From: Eledone cirrhosa
Taxonomy: Eukaryota
Direction of reading: 5' to 3'
Assembly (NCBI GenBank): GCA_964016885.1
Contig: OZ024744.1
Coordinates: forward strand, 135,036,001-135,100,000
DNA length: 64,000 bases
A program made the position numbers and the translations under genes. Positions 50,101-62,327 of this stretch are shown here, piece by piece. The notes beneath the pieces are model-generated. The model was given only the letters and a program-made list of their open reading frames with translations. It did not search any database and had not been told where the DNA came from. How positions within the stretch are numbered: position 1 is the stretch's first letter; the number at the start of each line of letters is the position of its first letter.

Positions 50101-51406
50101 GGTTAAGTTAAGTTGGGGTTAAGTTAAGTTGGGGTTAATTTAAGTTGGGGTTGAGTTAAATTGCGGTTAAGTTAAGTTGGGTTTATATTAAGTTGGGGTT
50201 AAGTTAAGTTGGGGTTAAGTTAAGTTGGGGTTAAGTTAAGTTGGGGTTAAGTTAAGTTGGGGCTGAGTTAAGTTGGGGCTGAGTTAAGTTGGGGTTAAGT
50301 TAAGTTGGGGTTGAGTTAAGTTGGGGTTAAGTTAAGTTGGGGTTAAGTTAAGTTGGGGTTAAGTTAAGTTGGGTTTAAGTTAAGTTGGGGTTTAGTTAAG
50401 TTGGGGTTCAGTTAAGTTGGGGTTAAGTTAAGTTTGGGTTAAGTTGGGGTTAAATTAATTTGGGGTTAAGTTAAGTTGGCGTTTAGTTAAGTTGGGGTTA
50501 AGTTAAGTTGGGGTTAATTTAAGTTGGGGTTAACTTAAGTTGCGGGTAATTTAAGTTGGGGTTAAGTTAAGTTGGGGTTAAGTTAAGTTGGGGTTAAGTT
50601 AAGTTGGGGTTAAGTTAAGTTGGGGGTAAGTTAAGTTGGGGGTAAGTTAAGTTGGGGGTAAGTTAAGTTGGGGTTAAGTTAACTTGGGGTTAAGTTAAGT
50701 TGGGGTTATGTTAAGTTGGGGATAAGTTAAGTTGCGGTTAAGTTAAATTGGGGTTAAGTTAAGTTGGGGAAAAGTTAAGTTGGGGTTAAGTTAAGTTGGG
50801 GTTAAGTTAGATTGTGGTTAAGTTAAGTTGGGGTTAAGTTAAGTTGGGGTTACGTTAAGGCGGGGTTAAGTTGAGTTGGGGTTGAGTTAATTTGGGGTTA
50901 ACTTAAGTTGGGGGTACTTAAGGTGGGTTTAAGTTAAGTGGGGTTAAGTTAAGTTGGGGTTAAGTTAAGTTGGGGTTAAGTTAAGTTGGGGTTAAGTTAG
51001 GTTGTGGTTAAGTTAAGTTGGGGGTAAGTTAAGTTGGGGGTAAGTTAAGTTGGGGTTAATTTAAGTTGGGTGTAATTAAGTTGGGGTTAAGTTAAGTTGG
51101 GGTTAAGTTAAGTTGGGGTTGAGTTAATTTGGGGTTAACTTAAGTTGGGGGTACTTAAGTTGGGTTTAAGTTAAGTGGGGTTAAGTTAAGTTGGGGTTAA
51201 GTTAAGTTGGGGTTAAGTTAAGTTGGGGGTAAGTTAAGTTGGTGGTAAGTTAATTTGGGGGTAAGTTAAGATGGGGTTAAGTCAAGTTGGGGTTAAGTTA
51301 ATTTGGGGTTAAGTTATGGTTAAGTTAAGTTGGGGTTGAGTTAAGTTGGGGTTAAGTTAAGTTGGGGTTAAGTTAAGTTGGGGTTAAGTTAAGTTGGGGT
51401 TAAGTT
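47166..51406 (+). repeat. 2120-bp tandem duplication nested in the second 9786-bp copy
   Basis: GGGGAAAAG at 48650/50770. The copy-specific variants are the same as in 37380-41620. Confidence 0.9.
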
Positions 51407-52389
51407 AAGTTGGGGTTAAGTTAAGTTGGGGTTAAGTTAAGTTGGGGTTAAGTTAAGTTGGTGTTAAGATAAGTTGGGGTTAAGTTAAGTTGGGGTTGAG
51501 TTAAGTTGGGGTTGAGTTAATTTGGGGTTAACTTAAGTTGGGGGTACTTAAGTTGGGTTTAAGTTAAGTGGGGTTAAGTTAAGTTGGGGTTAAGTTAAGT
51601 TGGGGTTAAGTTAAGTTGGGGTTAAGTTAGGTTGTTGTTAAGTTAAGTTGGGGGTAAGTTAAGTTGGGGGTAAGTTAAGTTGGGGTTAATTTAAGTTGGG
51701 TCTAATTAAGTTGGGGTTAAGTTAAGTTGGGGTTAAGTTAAGTTGGGGTTAAATTAAGTTGGGGTTAAGTTAAGTTGAGGTTAAATTAAGTTGGGGTTAA
51801 GTTAAGTTGGGGTTAAGTTAAGTTGGGGTTAAGTTAAGTTGGGGTTAAGTTAAGTTGGGGTTAAATTAAGTTGGGGTTAAATTAAGTTGGGGTTAAGTTA
51901 AGTTGGGGGTAAGTTAAGTTGGGGGCAAGTTAAGTTGGGGTTAAGTTAAGTTGGGGTTAAATTAAGTTGGGGTTAAGTTAAGTTGGTCTTAAGTTAAGTT
52001 GGGGTTTATTTAAGTTGGGGTTAATTAAGTTGGGGTTAAGTTAAGTTGGGGTTAAGTTAAGTTGGGGTTAATTTAAGTTGGGGTTGAGTTAAGTTGGGGT
52101 TAAGTTAAGTTGGGGTTAAGTTAAGTTGGTGTTAAGTTAAGTTGGGGCTAAGTTAAGTTGGGGCTGAGTTAAGTTGGGGCTGAGTTAAGTTGGGGTTAAG
52201 TTAAGTTGGGGTTGAGTTAAGTTGGGGTTAAGTTAAGTTGGGGTTAAGTTAAGTTGGGGTTAAGTTAAGTTGGGGTTAAGTTAAGTTGGGGTTTAGTTAA
52301 GTTGGGGTTAAGTTAAGTTTGGGTTAAGTTGGGGTTAAATTAAGTTGGGGTTAAGTTAAGTTGGGGTTTAGTTAAGTTGGGGTTAAGTT

Positions 52390-55300
52390 AAGTTGGGGTT
52401 AATTTAAGTTGGGGTTAAGTTAAGTTGCGGGTAATTTAAGTTGGGGTTAAGTTAAGTTGGGGTTAAGTTAAGTTGGGGTTAAGTTAAGTTGGGGTTAAGT
52501 TAAGTTGGGGGTAAGTTAAGTTGGGAGTAAGTTAAGTTGGGGGTAAGTTAAGTTGGGGTTAAGTTAAGTTAGGGTTAAGTTAAGTTGGGGTTGAGTTAAG
52601 TTGGGGTTATGTTAAGTTGGGGTTAAATTAAGTTGGGGTTAAGTTAAGTTGGGGTTAAATTAAGTTGGGGTTAAGTTAAGTTGGGGTTAAGTTAAGTTGG
52701 GGGTAAGTTAAGTTGGTGGTAAGTTAAGTTGGGGGTAAGTTAAGTTGGGGGTAAGTTAAGTTGGTGGTAAGTTAAGTTGGGGGTAAGTTAAGATGGGGTT
52801 AAGTTAAGTGGGGGTTAAGTTAATTTGGGGTTAAGTAAAGTTGGTGTTAAGTTAAGTTGGGGCTGAGTTAAGTTGGGGCTGAGTTAAGTTGGGGTTGAGT
52901 TAAGTTGGGGTTAAGTTAAGTTGGGGTTAAGTTAAGTTGGGGTTGAGTTAAGTTGGGGTTAAGTTAAGTTGGGGTTAAGTTAAGTTGGGGTTCAGTTAAG
53001 TTGGGGTTAAGTTAAGTTGGGGTTAAGATGGGGTTAAATTAAGTTGGGGCTAAGTTAAGTTGGGGTTAAGTTAAGTCGGGGTTAAGTTAAGTCGGGGTTA
53101 AGTTAAGTTAGGGTTAAGTTAAGTTGGAGTTAAGTTAAGTTGGGGTTGAGTTAAGTTGGGGTTGAGTTAAATTGGGGTGGAGTTAAGTTGGGGTTGAGTT
53201 AAGTTGGTGTTGAGTTAAGTTGGGGTTAAGTTAAGTTGGGGTTAAGTTAAGTTGCAGTTAAGTTAAGTTGAGTTTAAGTTAAGTTGGGGCTAAGTTAAGT
53301 TGGGGCTAAGTTAAGTTGGGGCTAAGTTAAGTTGGGGTTCAGTTAAGTTGGTGTTAAGTTAAGTTTGGGTTAAGTTGGGGTTAAATGAAGTTGGGGTTAA
53401 GTTAAGTTGGGGTTTAGTTAAGTTGGGGTTAAGTTAAGTTGGGGTTAATTTAAGTTGGGGTTAAGTTAAGTTGGGGTTAAGTTAAGTGGTGGTTATGTTA
53501 AGTTGGGGTTAAGTTAAGTTGGGGTTAATTTAAATTGGGGTTAAGTTAACTTTGTGGTTAAGTTAAGTTGGGGTTAAGTTAAGTCGGGGTTAAGTTAATT
53601 TGGGGTTGAGTTAAGTTGGGGTTAATTTAAGTTGGGGCTAAGTTAATTTGTGGTTAAGTTAAGTTGGGGTTAAGTTAAGTTGGGGTTAAGTTAGGTTGGG
53701 GTTGAGTTAAGTTGGGGTTGAGTTAATTTAGGGTTACGTTAAGTTGGGGTTAAGTTAAGTTGGGTTTAAGTTAAGTTGGGGTTAAATTAAGTTGGGGTTA
53801 AATTAAGTTGGGGTTAAGTTAAGTTGCGGGTAAGTTAAGTTGGGGGCAAGTTAAGTTGGGGTTAAGTTAAGTTGGGGTTAAATTAAGTTGAGGTTAAGTT
53901 AAGTTGGTGTTAATTTAAGTTGGGGTTTATTTAAGTTGGGGTTAAGTTAAGTTGGGTTTATATTAAGTTGGGGTTAAGTTAAGTTGGGGTTAAGTTAAGT
54001 TGGGGTTAAGTTAAGTTGGGGTTAAGTTAAGTTGGGGCTGAGTTAAGTTGGGGCTGAGTTAAGTTGGGGTTAAGTTAAGTTGGGGTTGAGTTAAGTTGGG
54101 GTTAAGTTAAGTTGGGGTTAAGTTAAGTTGGGGTTAAGTTAAGTTGGGTTTAAGTTAAGTTGGGGTTTAGTTAAGTTGGGGTTCAGTTAAGTTGGGGTTA
54201 AGTTAAGTTTGGGTTAAGTTGGGGTTAAATTAATTTGGGGTTAAGTTAAGTTGGGGTTTAGTTAAGTTGGGGTTAAGTTAAGTTGGGGTTAATTTAAGTT
54301 GGGGTTAAGTTAAGTTGCGGGTAATTTAAGTTGGGGTTAAGTTAAGTTGGGGTTAAGTTAAGTTGGGGTTAAGTTAAGTTGGGGTTAAGTTAAGTTGGGA
54401 TTAAGTTAAGTTGGGGGTAAGTTAAGTTGGGGGTAAGTTAAGTTGGGGGTAAGTTAAGTTGGGGTTAAGTTAATTTGGGGTTAAGTTAAGTTAGGGTTAA
54501 GTTAAGTTGGGGTTGAGTTAAGTTGGGGTTAAGTTAAGTTGGGGTTATGTTAAGTTGGGGTTAAGTTAAGTTGCGGTTAAGTTAAGTTGGGGTTAAGTTA
54601 AGTTTGTGTTAAGTTAAATTGGGGTTAAGTTAAGTTGGGGTAAAGTTAAGTTGGGGTTAAGTTAAGTTGGGGTTAAGTTAGATTGTGGTTAAGTTAAGTT
54701 GGGGTTAATTTAAGTTGGGGTTAAGTTAAGGCGGGGTTAAGTTGAGTTGGGGTTGAGTTAATTTGGGGTTAACTTAAGTTGGGGTTACTTAAGGTGGGTT
54801 TAAGTTAAGTGGGGTTAAGTTAAGTTGGGGTTAAGTTAAGTTGGGGTTAAGTTAAGTTGGGGTTAAGTTAGGTTGTGGTTAAGTTAAGTTGGGGGTAAGT
54901 TAAGTTGGGGGTAAGTTAAGTTGGGGTTAATTTAAGTTGGGTCTAATTAAGTTGGGGTTAAGTTAAGTTGGGGTTAAGTTAAGTTGGGGTTGAGTTAATT
55001 TGGGGTTAACTTAAGTTGGGGGTACTTAAGTTGGGTTTAAGTTAAGTGGGGTTAAGTTAAGTTGGGGTTAAGTTAAGTTGTGGTTAAGTTAAGTTGGGGG
55101 TAAGTTAAGTTGGTGGTAAGTTAAGTTGGGGGTAAGTTAAGATGGGGTTAAGTCAAGTTGGGGTTAAGTTAATTTGGGGTTAAGTTATGGTTAAGTTAAG
55201 TTGGGGTTGAGTTAAGTTGGGGTTAAGTTAAGTTGGGGTTATGTCAAGTTGGGGTTAAGTTAAGTTGGGGTTGAGTTGAGTTGGGATTCAGTTAAGTTGC

Positions 55301-58300
55301 GGTTAATTTAAGTTGGGATTAAGTTAAGTTGGGGTTAAGTTAAGTTGGGGTTAAGTTAAGTTGGGGTTAATTTAAGTTGGGGTTAAGTTAAGTTGGGGTT
55401 AAGTTAAGTTGGGGTTAAGTTAAGTTGGGGTTAAATTAAATTGGGGTTAAGTTAAGTTGGGGTTAAGTTAAGTTGGGGTTAAGATAAGTTGGGGTTAAGT
55501 TAAGTTGGGGTTGAGTTAAGTTGGGGTTGAGTTAATTTGGGGTTAACTTAAGTTGGGGGTACTTAAGTTGGGTTTAAGTTAAGTGGGGTTAAGTTAAGTT
55601 GGGGTTAAGTTAAGTTGGGGTTAAGTTAAGTTGGGGTTAAGTTAGGTTGTTGTTAAGTTAAGTTGGGGGTAAGTTAAGTTGGGGGTAAGTTAAGTTGGGG
55701 TTAATTTAAGTTGGGTCTAATTAAGTTGGGGTTAAGTTAAGTTGGGGTTAAGTTAAGTTGGGGTTAAATTGAGTTGGGGTTAAGTTAAGTTGAGGTTAAA
55801 TTAAGTTGGGGTTAAGTTAAGTTGGGGTTAAGTTAAGTTGGGGTTAAGTTAAGTTGGGGTTAAGTTAAGTTGGGGTTAAATTAAGTTGGGGTTAAATTAA
55901 GTTGGGGTTAAGTTAAGTTGGGGGTAAGTTAAGTTGGGGGCAAGTTAAGTTGGGGTTAAGTTAAGTTGGGGTTAAATTAAGTTGGGGTTAAGTTAAGTTG
56001 GTGTTAAGTTAAGTTGGGGTTTATTTAAGTTGGGGTTAATTAAGTTGGGGTTAAGTTAAGTTGGGGTTAAGTTAAGTTGGGGTTAATTTAAGTTGGGGTT
56101 GAGTTAAGTTGGGGTTAAGTTAAGTTGGGGTTAAGTTAAGTTGGGGTTAATTTAAGTTGGGGTTAAGTTAAGTTGCGGGTAATTTAAGTTGGGGTTAAGT
56201 TAAGTTGGGGTTAAGTTAAGTTGGGGTTAAGTTAAGTTGGGGTTAAGTTAAGTTGGGGGTAAGTTAAGTTGGGAGTAAGTTAAGTTGGGGGTAAGTTAAG
56301 TTGGGGTTAAGTTAAGTTAGGGTTAAGTTAAGTTGGGGTTGAGTTAAGTTGGGGTTATGTTAAGTTGGGGTTAAATTAAGTTGGGGTTAAGTTAAGTTGG
56401 GGTTAAATTAAGTTGGGGTTAAGTTAAGTTGGGGTTAAGTTAAGTTGGGGGTAAGTTAAGTTGGTGGTAAGTTAAGTTGGGGGTAAGTTAAGTTGGGGGT
56501 AAGTTAAGTTGGTGGTAAGTTAAGTTGGGGGTAAGTTAAGATGGGGTTAAGTTAAGTGGGGGTTAAGTTAATTTGGGGTTAAGTAAAGTTGGTGTTAAGT
56601 TAAGTTGGGGCTGAGTTAAGTTGGGGCTGAGTTAAGTTGGGGTTGAGTTAAGTTGGGGTTAAGTTAAGTTGGGGTTAAGTTAAGTTGGGGTTGAGTTAAG
56701 TTGGGGTTAAGTTAAGTTGGGGTTAAGTTAAGTTGGGGTTCAGTTAAGTTGGGGTTAAGTTAAGTTGGGGTTAAGATGGGGTTAAATTAAGTTGGGGCTA
56801 AGTTAAGTTGGGGTTAAGTTAAGTCGGGGTTAAGTTAAGTCGGGGTTAAGTTAAGTTAGGGTTAAGTTAAGTTGGAGTTAAGTTAAGTTGGGGTTGAGTT
56901 AAGTTGGGGTTGAGTTAAATTGGGGTGGAGTTAAGTTGGGGTTGAGTTAAGTTGGTGTTGAGTTAAGTTGGGGTTAAGTTAAGTTGGGGTTAAGTTAAGT
57001 TGCAGTTAAGTTAAGTTGAGTTTAAGTTAAGTTGGGGCTAAGTTAAGTTGGGGCTAAGTTAAGTTGGGGCTAAGTTAAGTTGGGGTTCAGTTAAGTTGGT
57101 GTTAAGTTAAGTTTGGGTTAAGTTGGGGTTAAATGAAGTTGGGGTTAAGTTAAGTTGGGGTTTAGTTAAGTTGGGGTTAAGTTAAGTTGGGGTTAATTTA
57201 AGTTGGGGTTAAGTTAAGTTGGGGTTAAGTTAAGTGGTGGTTATGTTAAGTTGGGGTTAAGTTAAGTTGGGGTTAATTTAAATTGGGGTTAAGTTAACTT
57301 TGTGGTTAAGTTAAGTTGGGGTTAAGTTAAGTCGGGGTTAAGTTAATTTGGGGTTGAGTTAAGTTGGGGTTAATTTAAGTTGGGGCTAAGTTAATTTGTG
57401 GTTAAGTTAAGTTGGGGTTAAGTTAAGTTGGGGTTAAGTTAGGTTGGGGTTGAGTTAAGTTGGGGTTGAGTTAATTTAGGGTTACGTTAAGTTGGGGTTA
57501 AGTTAAGTTGGGTTTAAGTTAAGTTGGGGTTAAATTAAGTTGGGGTTAAATTAAGTTGGGGTTAAGTTAAGTTGCGGGTAAGTTAAGTTGGGGGCAAGTT
57601 AAGTTGGGGTTAAGTTAAGTTGGGGTTAAATTAAGTTGAGGTTAAGTTAAGTTGGTGTTAATTTAAGTTGGGGTTTATTTAAGTTGGGGTTAAGTTAAGT
57701 TGGGTTTATATTAAGTTGGGGTTAAGTTAAGTTGGGGTTAAGTTAAGTTGGGGTTAAGTTAAGTTGGGGTTAAGTTAAGTTGGGGCTGAGTTAAGTTGGG
57801 GCTGAGTTAAGTTGGGGTTAAGTTAAGTTGGGGTTGAGTTAAGTTGGGGTTAAGTTAAGTTGGGGTTAAGTTAAGTTGGGGTTAAGTTAAGTTGGGTTTA
57901 AGTTAAGTTGGGGTTTAGTTAAGTTGGGGTTCAGTTAAGTTGGGGTTAAGTTAAGTTTGGGTTAAGTTGGGGTTAAATTAATTTGGGGTTAAGTTAAGTT
58001 GGGGTTTAGTTAAGTTGGGGTTAAGTTAAGTTGGGGTTAATTTAAGTTGGGGTTAAGTTAAGTTGCGGGTAATTTAAGTTGGGGTTAAGTTAAGTTGGGG
58101 TTAAGTTAAGTTGGGGTTAAGTTAAGTTGGGGTTAAGTTAAGTTGGGATTAAGTTAAGTTGGGGGTAAGTTAAGTTGGGGGTAAGTTAAGTTGGGGGTAA
58201 GTTAAGTTGGGGTTAAGTTAATTTGGGGTTAAGTTAAGTTAGGGTTAAGTTAAGTTGGGGTTGAGTTAAGTTGGGGTTAAGTTAAGTTGGGGTTATGTTA

Positions 58301-59890
58301 AGTTGGGGTTAAGTTAAGTTGCGGTTAAGTTAAGTTGGGGTTAAGTTAAGTTTGTGTTAAGTTAAATTGGGGTTAAGTTAAGTTGGGGTAAAGTTAAGTT
58401 GGGGTTAAGTTAAGTTGGGGTTAAGTTAGATTGTGGTTAAGTTAAGTTGGGGTTAATTTAAGTTGGGGTTAAGTTAAGGCGGGGTTAAGTTGAGTTGGGG
58501 TTGAGTTAATTTGGGGTTAACTTAAGTTGGGGTTACTTAAGGTGGGTTTAAGTTAAGTGGGGTTAAGTTAAGTTGGGGTTAAGTTAAGTTGGGGTTAAGT
58601 TAAGTTGGGGTTAAGTTAGGTTGTGGTTAAGTTAAGTTGGGGGTAAGTTAAGTTGGGGGTAAGTTAAGTTGGGGTTAATTTAAGTTGGGTCTAATTAAGT
58701 TGGGGTTAAGTTAAGTTGGGGTTAAGTTAAGTTGGGGTTGAGTTAATTTGGGGTTAACTTAAGTTGGGGGTACTTAAGTTGGGTTTAAGTTAAGTGGGGT
58801 TAAGTTAAGTTGGGGTTAAGTTAAGTTGTGGTTAAGTTAAGTTGGGGGTAAGTTAAGTTGGTGGTAAGTTAAGTTGGGGGTAAGTTAAGATGGGGTTAAG
58901 TCAAGTTGGGGTTAAGTTAATTTGGGGTTAAGTTATGGTTAAGTTAAGTTGGGGTTGAGTTAAGTTGGGGTTAAGTTAAGTTGGGGTTATGTCAAGTTGG
59001 GGTTAAGTTAAGTTGGGGTTGAGTTGAGTTGGGATTCAGTTAAGTTGCGGTTAATTTAAGTTGGGATTAAGTTAAGTTGGGGTTAAGTTAAGTTGGGGTT
59101 AAGTTAAGTTGGGGTTAATTTAAGTTGGGGTTAAGTTAAGTTGGGGTTAAGTTAAGTTGGGGTTAAGTTAAGTTGGGGTTAAATTAAATTGGGGTTAAGT
59201 TAAGTTGGGGTTAAGTTAAGTTGGGGTTAAGATAAGTTGGGGTTAAGTTAAGTTGGGGTTGAGTTAAGTTGGGGTTGAGTTAATTTGGGGTTAACTTAAG
59301 TTGGGGGTACTTAAGTTGGGTTTAAGTTAAGTGGGGTTAAGTTAAGTTGGGGTTAAGTTAAGTTGGGGTTAAGTTAAGTTGGGGTTAAGTTAGGTTGTTG
59401 TTAAGTTAAGTTGGGGGTAAGTTAAGTTGGGGGTAAGTTAAGTTGGGGTTAATTTAAGTTGGGTCTAATTAAGTTGGGGTTAAGTTAAGTTGGGGTTAAG
59501 TTAAGTTGGGGTTAAATTGAGTTGGGGTTAAGTTAAGTTGAGGTTAAATTAAGTTGGGGTTAAGTTAAGTTGGGGTTAAGTTAAGTTGGGGTTAAGTTAA
59601 GTTGGGGTTAAGTTAAGTTGGGGTTAAATTAAGTTGGGGTTAAATTAAGTTGGGGTTAAGTTAAGTTGGGGGTAAGTTAAGTTGGGGGCAAGTTAAGTTG
59701 GGGTTAAGTTAAGTTGGGGTTAAATTAAGTTGGGGTTAAGTTAAGTTGGTGTTAAGTTAAGTTGGGGTTTATTTAAGTTGGGGTTAATTAAGTTGGGGTT
59801 AAGTTAAGTTGGGGTTAAGTTAAGTTGGGGTTAATTTAAGTTGGGGTTGAGTTAAGTTGGGGTTAAGTTAAGTTGGGGTTAAGTTAAGTT
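52390..59890 (+). repeat. 3748-bp tandem duplication
   Basis: TTGGGAGTAAG 52526/56274, TTGCAG 53255/57003 and TTAAATTGAG 55771/59519, all offset 3748. The junction lies near 56120-56145. Confidence 0.92.
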
Positions 59891-60249
59891 GGTGTTAAGT
59901 TAAGTTGGGGCTAAGTTAAGTTGGGGCTGAGTTAAGTTGGGGCTGAGTTAAGTTGGGGTTAAGTTAAGTTGGGGTTGAGTTAAGTTGGGGTTAAGTTAAG
60001 TTGGGGTTAAGTTAAGTTGGGGTTAAGTTAAGTTGGGGTTAAGTTAAGTTGGGGTTTAGTTAAGTTGGGGTTCAGTTAAGTTGGGGTTAAGTTAAGTTTG
60101 GGTTAAGTTGGGGTTAAATTAAGTTGGGGTTAAGTTAAGTTGGGGTTTAGTTAAGTTGGGGTTAAGTTAAGTTGGGGTTAATTTAAGTTGGGGTTAAGTT
60201 AAGTTGCGGGTAATTTAAGTTGGGGTTAAGTTAAGTTGGGGTTAAGTTA

Positions 60250-62327
60250 AGTTGGGGTTAAGTTAAGTTGGGGTTAAGTTAAGTTGGGGTTAAGTTAAGT
60301 TGGGGGTAAGTTAAGTTGGGGGTAAGTTAAGTTGGGGGTAAGTTAAGTTGGGGTTAAGTTAAGTTAGGGTTAAGTTAAGTTGGGGTTGAGTTAAGTTGGG
60401 GTTAAGTTAAGTTGGGGTTATGTTAAGTTGGGGTTAAGTTAAGTTGCGGTTAAGTTAAGTTGGGGTTAAGTTAAGTTGGGGTTAAGTTAACTTGGGGTTA
60501 AGTTAAGTTGGGGTTAAGTTAAGTTGGGGTTAAGTTAAGTTGGGGTTAATTTAAGTTGGGGTTAAGTTAAGGCGGGGTTAAGTTGAGTTGGGGTTAAGTT
60601 AAGTTGGGGTTAAGTTAAGTTGGGGTTGAGTTAATTTGGGGTTAACTTAAGTTGGGGGTACTTAAGTTGGGTTTAAGTTAAGTGGGGTTAAGTTAAGTTG
60701 GGGTTAAGTTAAGTTGGGGTTAAGTTAAGTTGGGGTTAAGTTAGGTTGTGGTTAAGTTAAGTTGGGGGTAAGTTAAGTTGGGGGTAAGTTAAGTTGGGGT
60801 TAATTTAAGTTGGGTCTAATTAAGTTGGGGTTAAGTTAAGTTGGGGTTAAGTTAAGTTGGGGTTGAGTTAATTTGGGGTTAACTTAAGTTGGGGGTACTT
60901 AAGTTGGGTTTAAGTTAAGTGGGGTTAAGTTAAGTTGGGGTTAAGTTAAGTTGGGGTTAAGTTAAGTTGGGGGTAAGTTAAGTTGAGGGTAAGTTAAGTT
61001 GGGGTTAATTTAAGTTGGGTCAAATTAAGTTGGGGTTAAGTTAAGTTGGAGTTAAGTTAAGTTGGGGTTAAATTAAGTTGGGGTTAAGTTAAGTTGGGGT
61101 TAAATTAAGTTGGAGTTAAGTTAAGTTGGGGTTAAGTTAAGTTGGGGTTAAGTTAAGTTGGGGGTAACTTAAGTTGGTGGTAAGTTAAGTTGGGGGTAAG
61201 TTAAGATGGGGTTAAGTTAAGTTGGGGTTAAGTTAATTTGGGGTTAAGTTAGGGTTAAGTTAAGTTGGGGTTGAGTTAAGTTGGGGTTAAGTTAAGTTGG
61301 GGTTAAGTTAAGTTGGGGTTAAGTTAAGTTGGGGGTAAGTTAAGTTGGGGGTAAGTTAAGTTGGGGGTAAGTTAAGTTGGGGTTAAGTTAAGTTAGGGTT
61401 AAGTTAAGTTGGGGTTGAGTTAAGTTGGGGTTAAGTTAAGTTGGGGTTATGTTAAGTTGGGGTTAAGTTAAGTTGCGGTTAAGTTAAGTTGGGGTTAAGT
61501 TAAGTTGGGGTTAAGTTAACTTGGGGTTAAGTTAAGTTGGGGTTAAGTTAAGTTGGGGTTAAGTTAAGTTGGGGTTAATTTAAGTTGGGGTTAAGTTAAG
61601 GCGGGGTTAAGTTGAGTTGGGGTTAAGTTAAGTTGGGGTTAAGTTAAGTTGGGGTTGAGTTAATTTGGGGTTAACTTAAGTTGGGGGTACTTAAGTTGGG
61701 TTTAAGTTAAGTGGGGTTAAGTTAAGTTGGGGTTAAGTTAAGTTGGGGTTAAGTTAAGTTGGGGTTAAGTTAGGTTGTGGTTAAGTTAAGTTGGGGGTAA
61801 GTTAAGTTGGGGGTAAGTTAAGTTGGGGTTAATTTAAGTTGGGTCTAATTAAGTTGGGGTTAAGTTAAGTTGGGGTTAAGTTAAGTTGGGGTTGAGTTAA
61901 TTTGGGGTTAACTTAAGTTGGGGGTACTTAAGTTGGGTTTAAGTTAAGTGGGGTTAAGTTAAGTTGGGGTTAAGTTAAGTTGGGGTTAAGTTAATTTGGG
62001 GGTAAGTTAAGTTGAGGGTAAGTTAAGTTGGGGTTAATTTAAGTTGGGTCAAATTAAGTTGGGGTTAAGTTAAGTTGGAGTTAAGTTAAGTTGGGGTTAA
62101 ATTAAGTTGGGGTTAAGTTAAGTTGGGGTTAAATTAAGTTGGAGTTAAGTTAAGTTGGGGTTAAGTTAAGTTGGGGTTAAGTTAAGTTGGGGGTAACTTA
62201 AGTTGGTGGTAAGTTAAGTTGGGGGTAAGTTAAGATGGGGTTAAGTTAAGTTGGGGTTAAGTTAATTTGGGGTTAAGTTAGGGTTAAGTTAAGTTGGGGT
62301 TGAGTTAAGTTGGGGTTAAGTTAAGTT
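60250..62327 (+). repeat. 1029-bp tandem duplication
   Basis: GGCGGGG C at 60573/61602 and GGGGGTAACTTAAG C at 61168/62197, both offset 1029. One difference was seen (TTAAT at ~61995 versus TTAAG). Confidence 0.9.

Larger units (their letters stand above)
31899..51480 (+). repeat. 9786-bp tandem duplication (copies ~31899-41684 and ~41685-51470)
   Basis: The offset is 9786 at every marker checked: GGGGTAAATTT 31908/41694, TTGTCG 32746/42532, TTGCAG 35487/45273, GGGGAAAAG 38864/48650 and 40984/50770, GGTGTTAAGATAAG 41683/51469. Confidence 0.93.
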
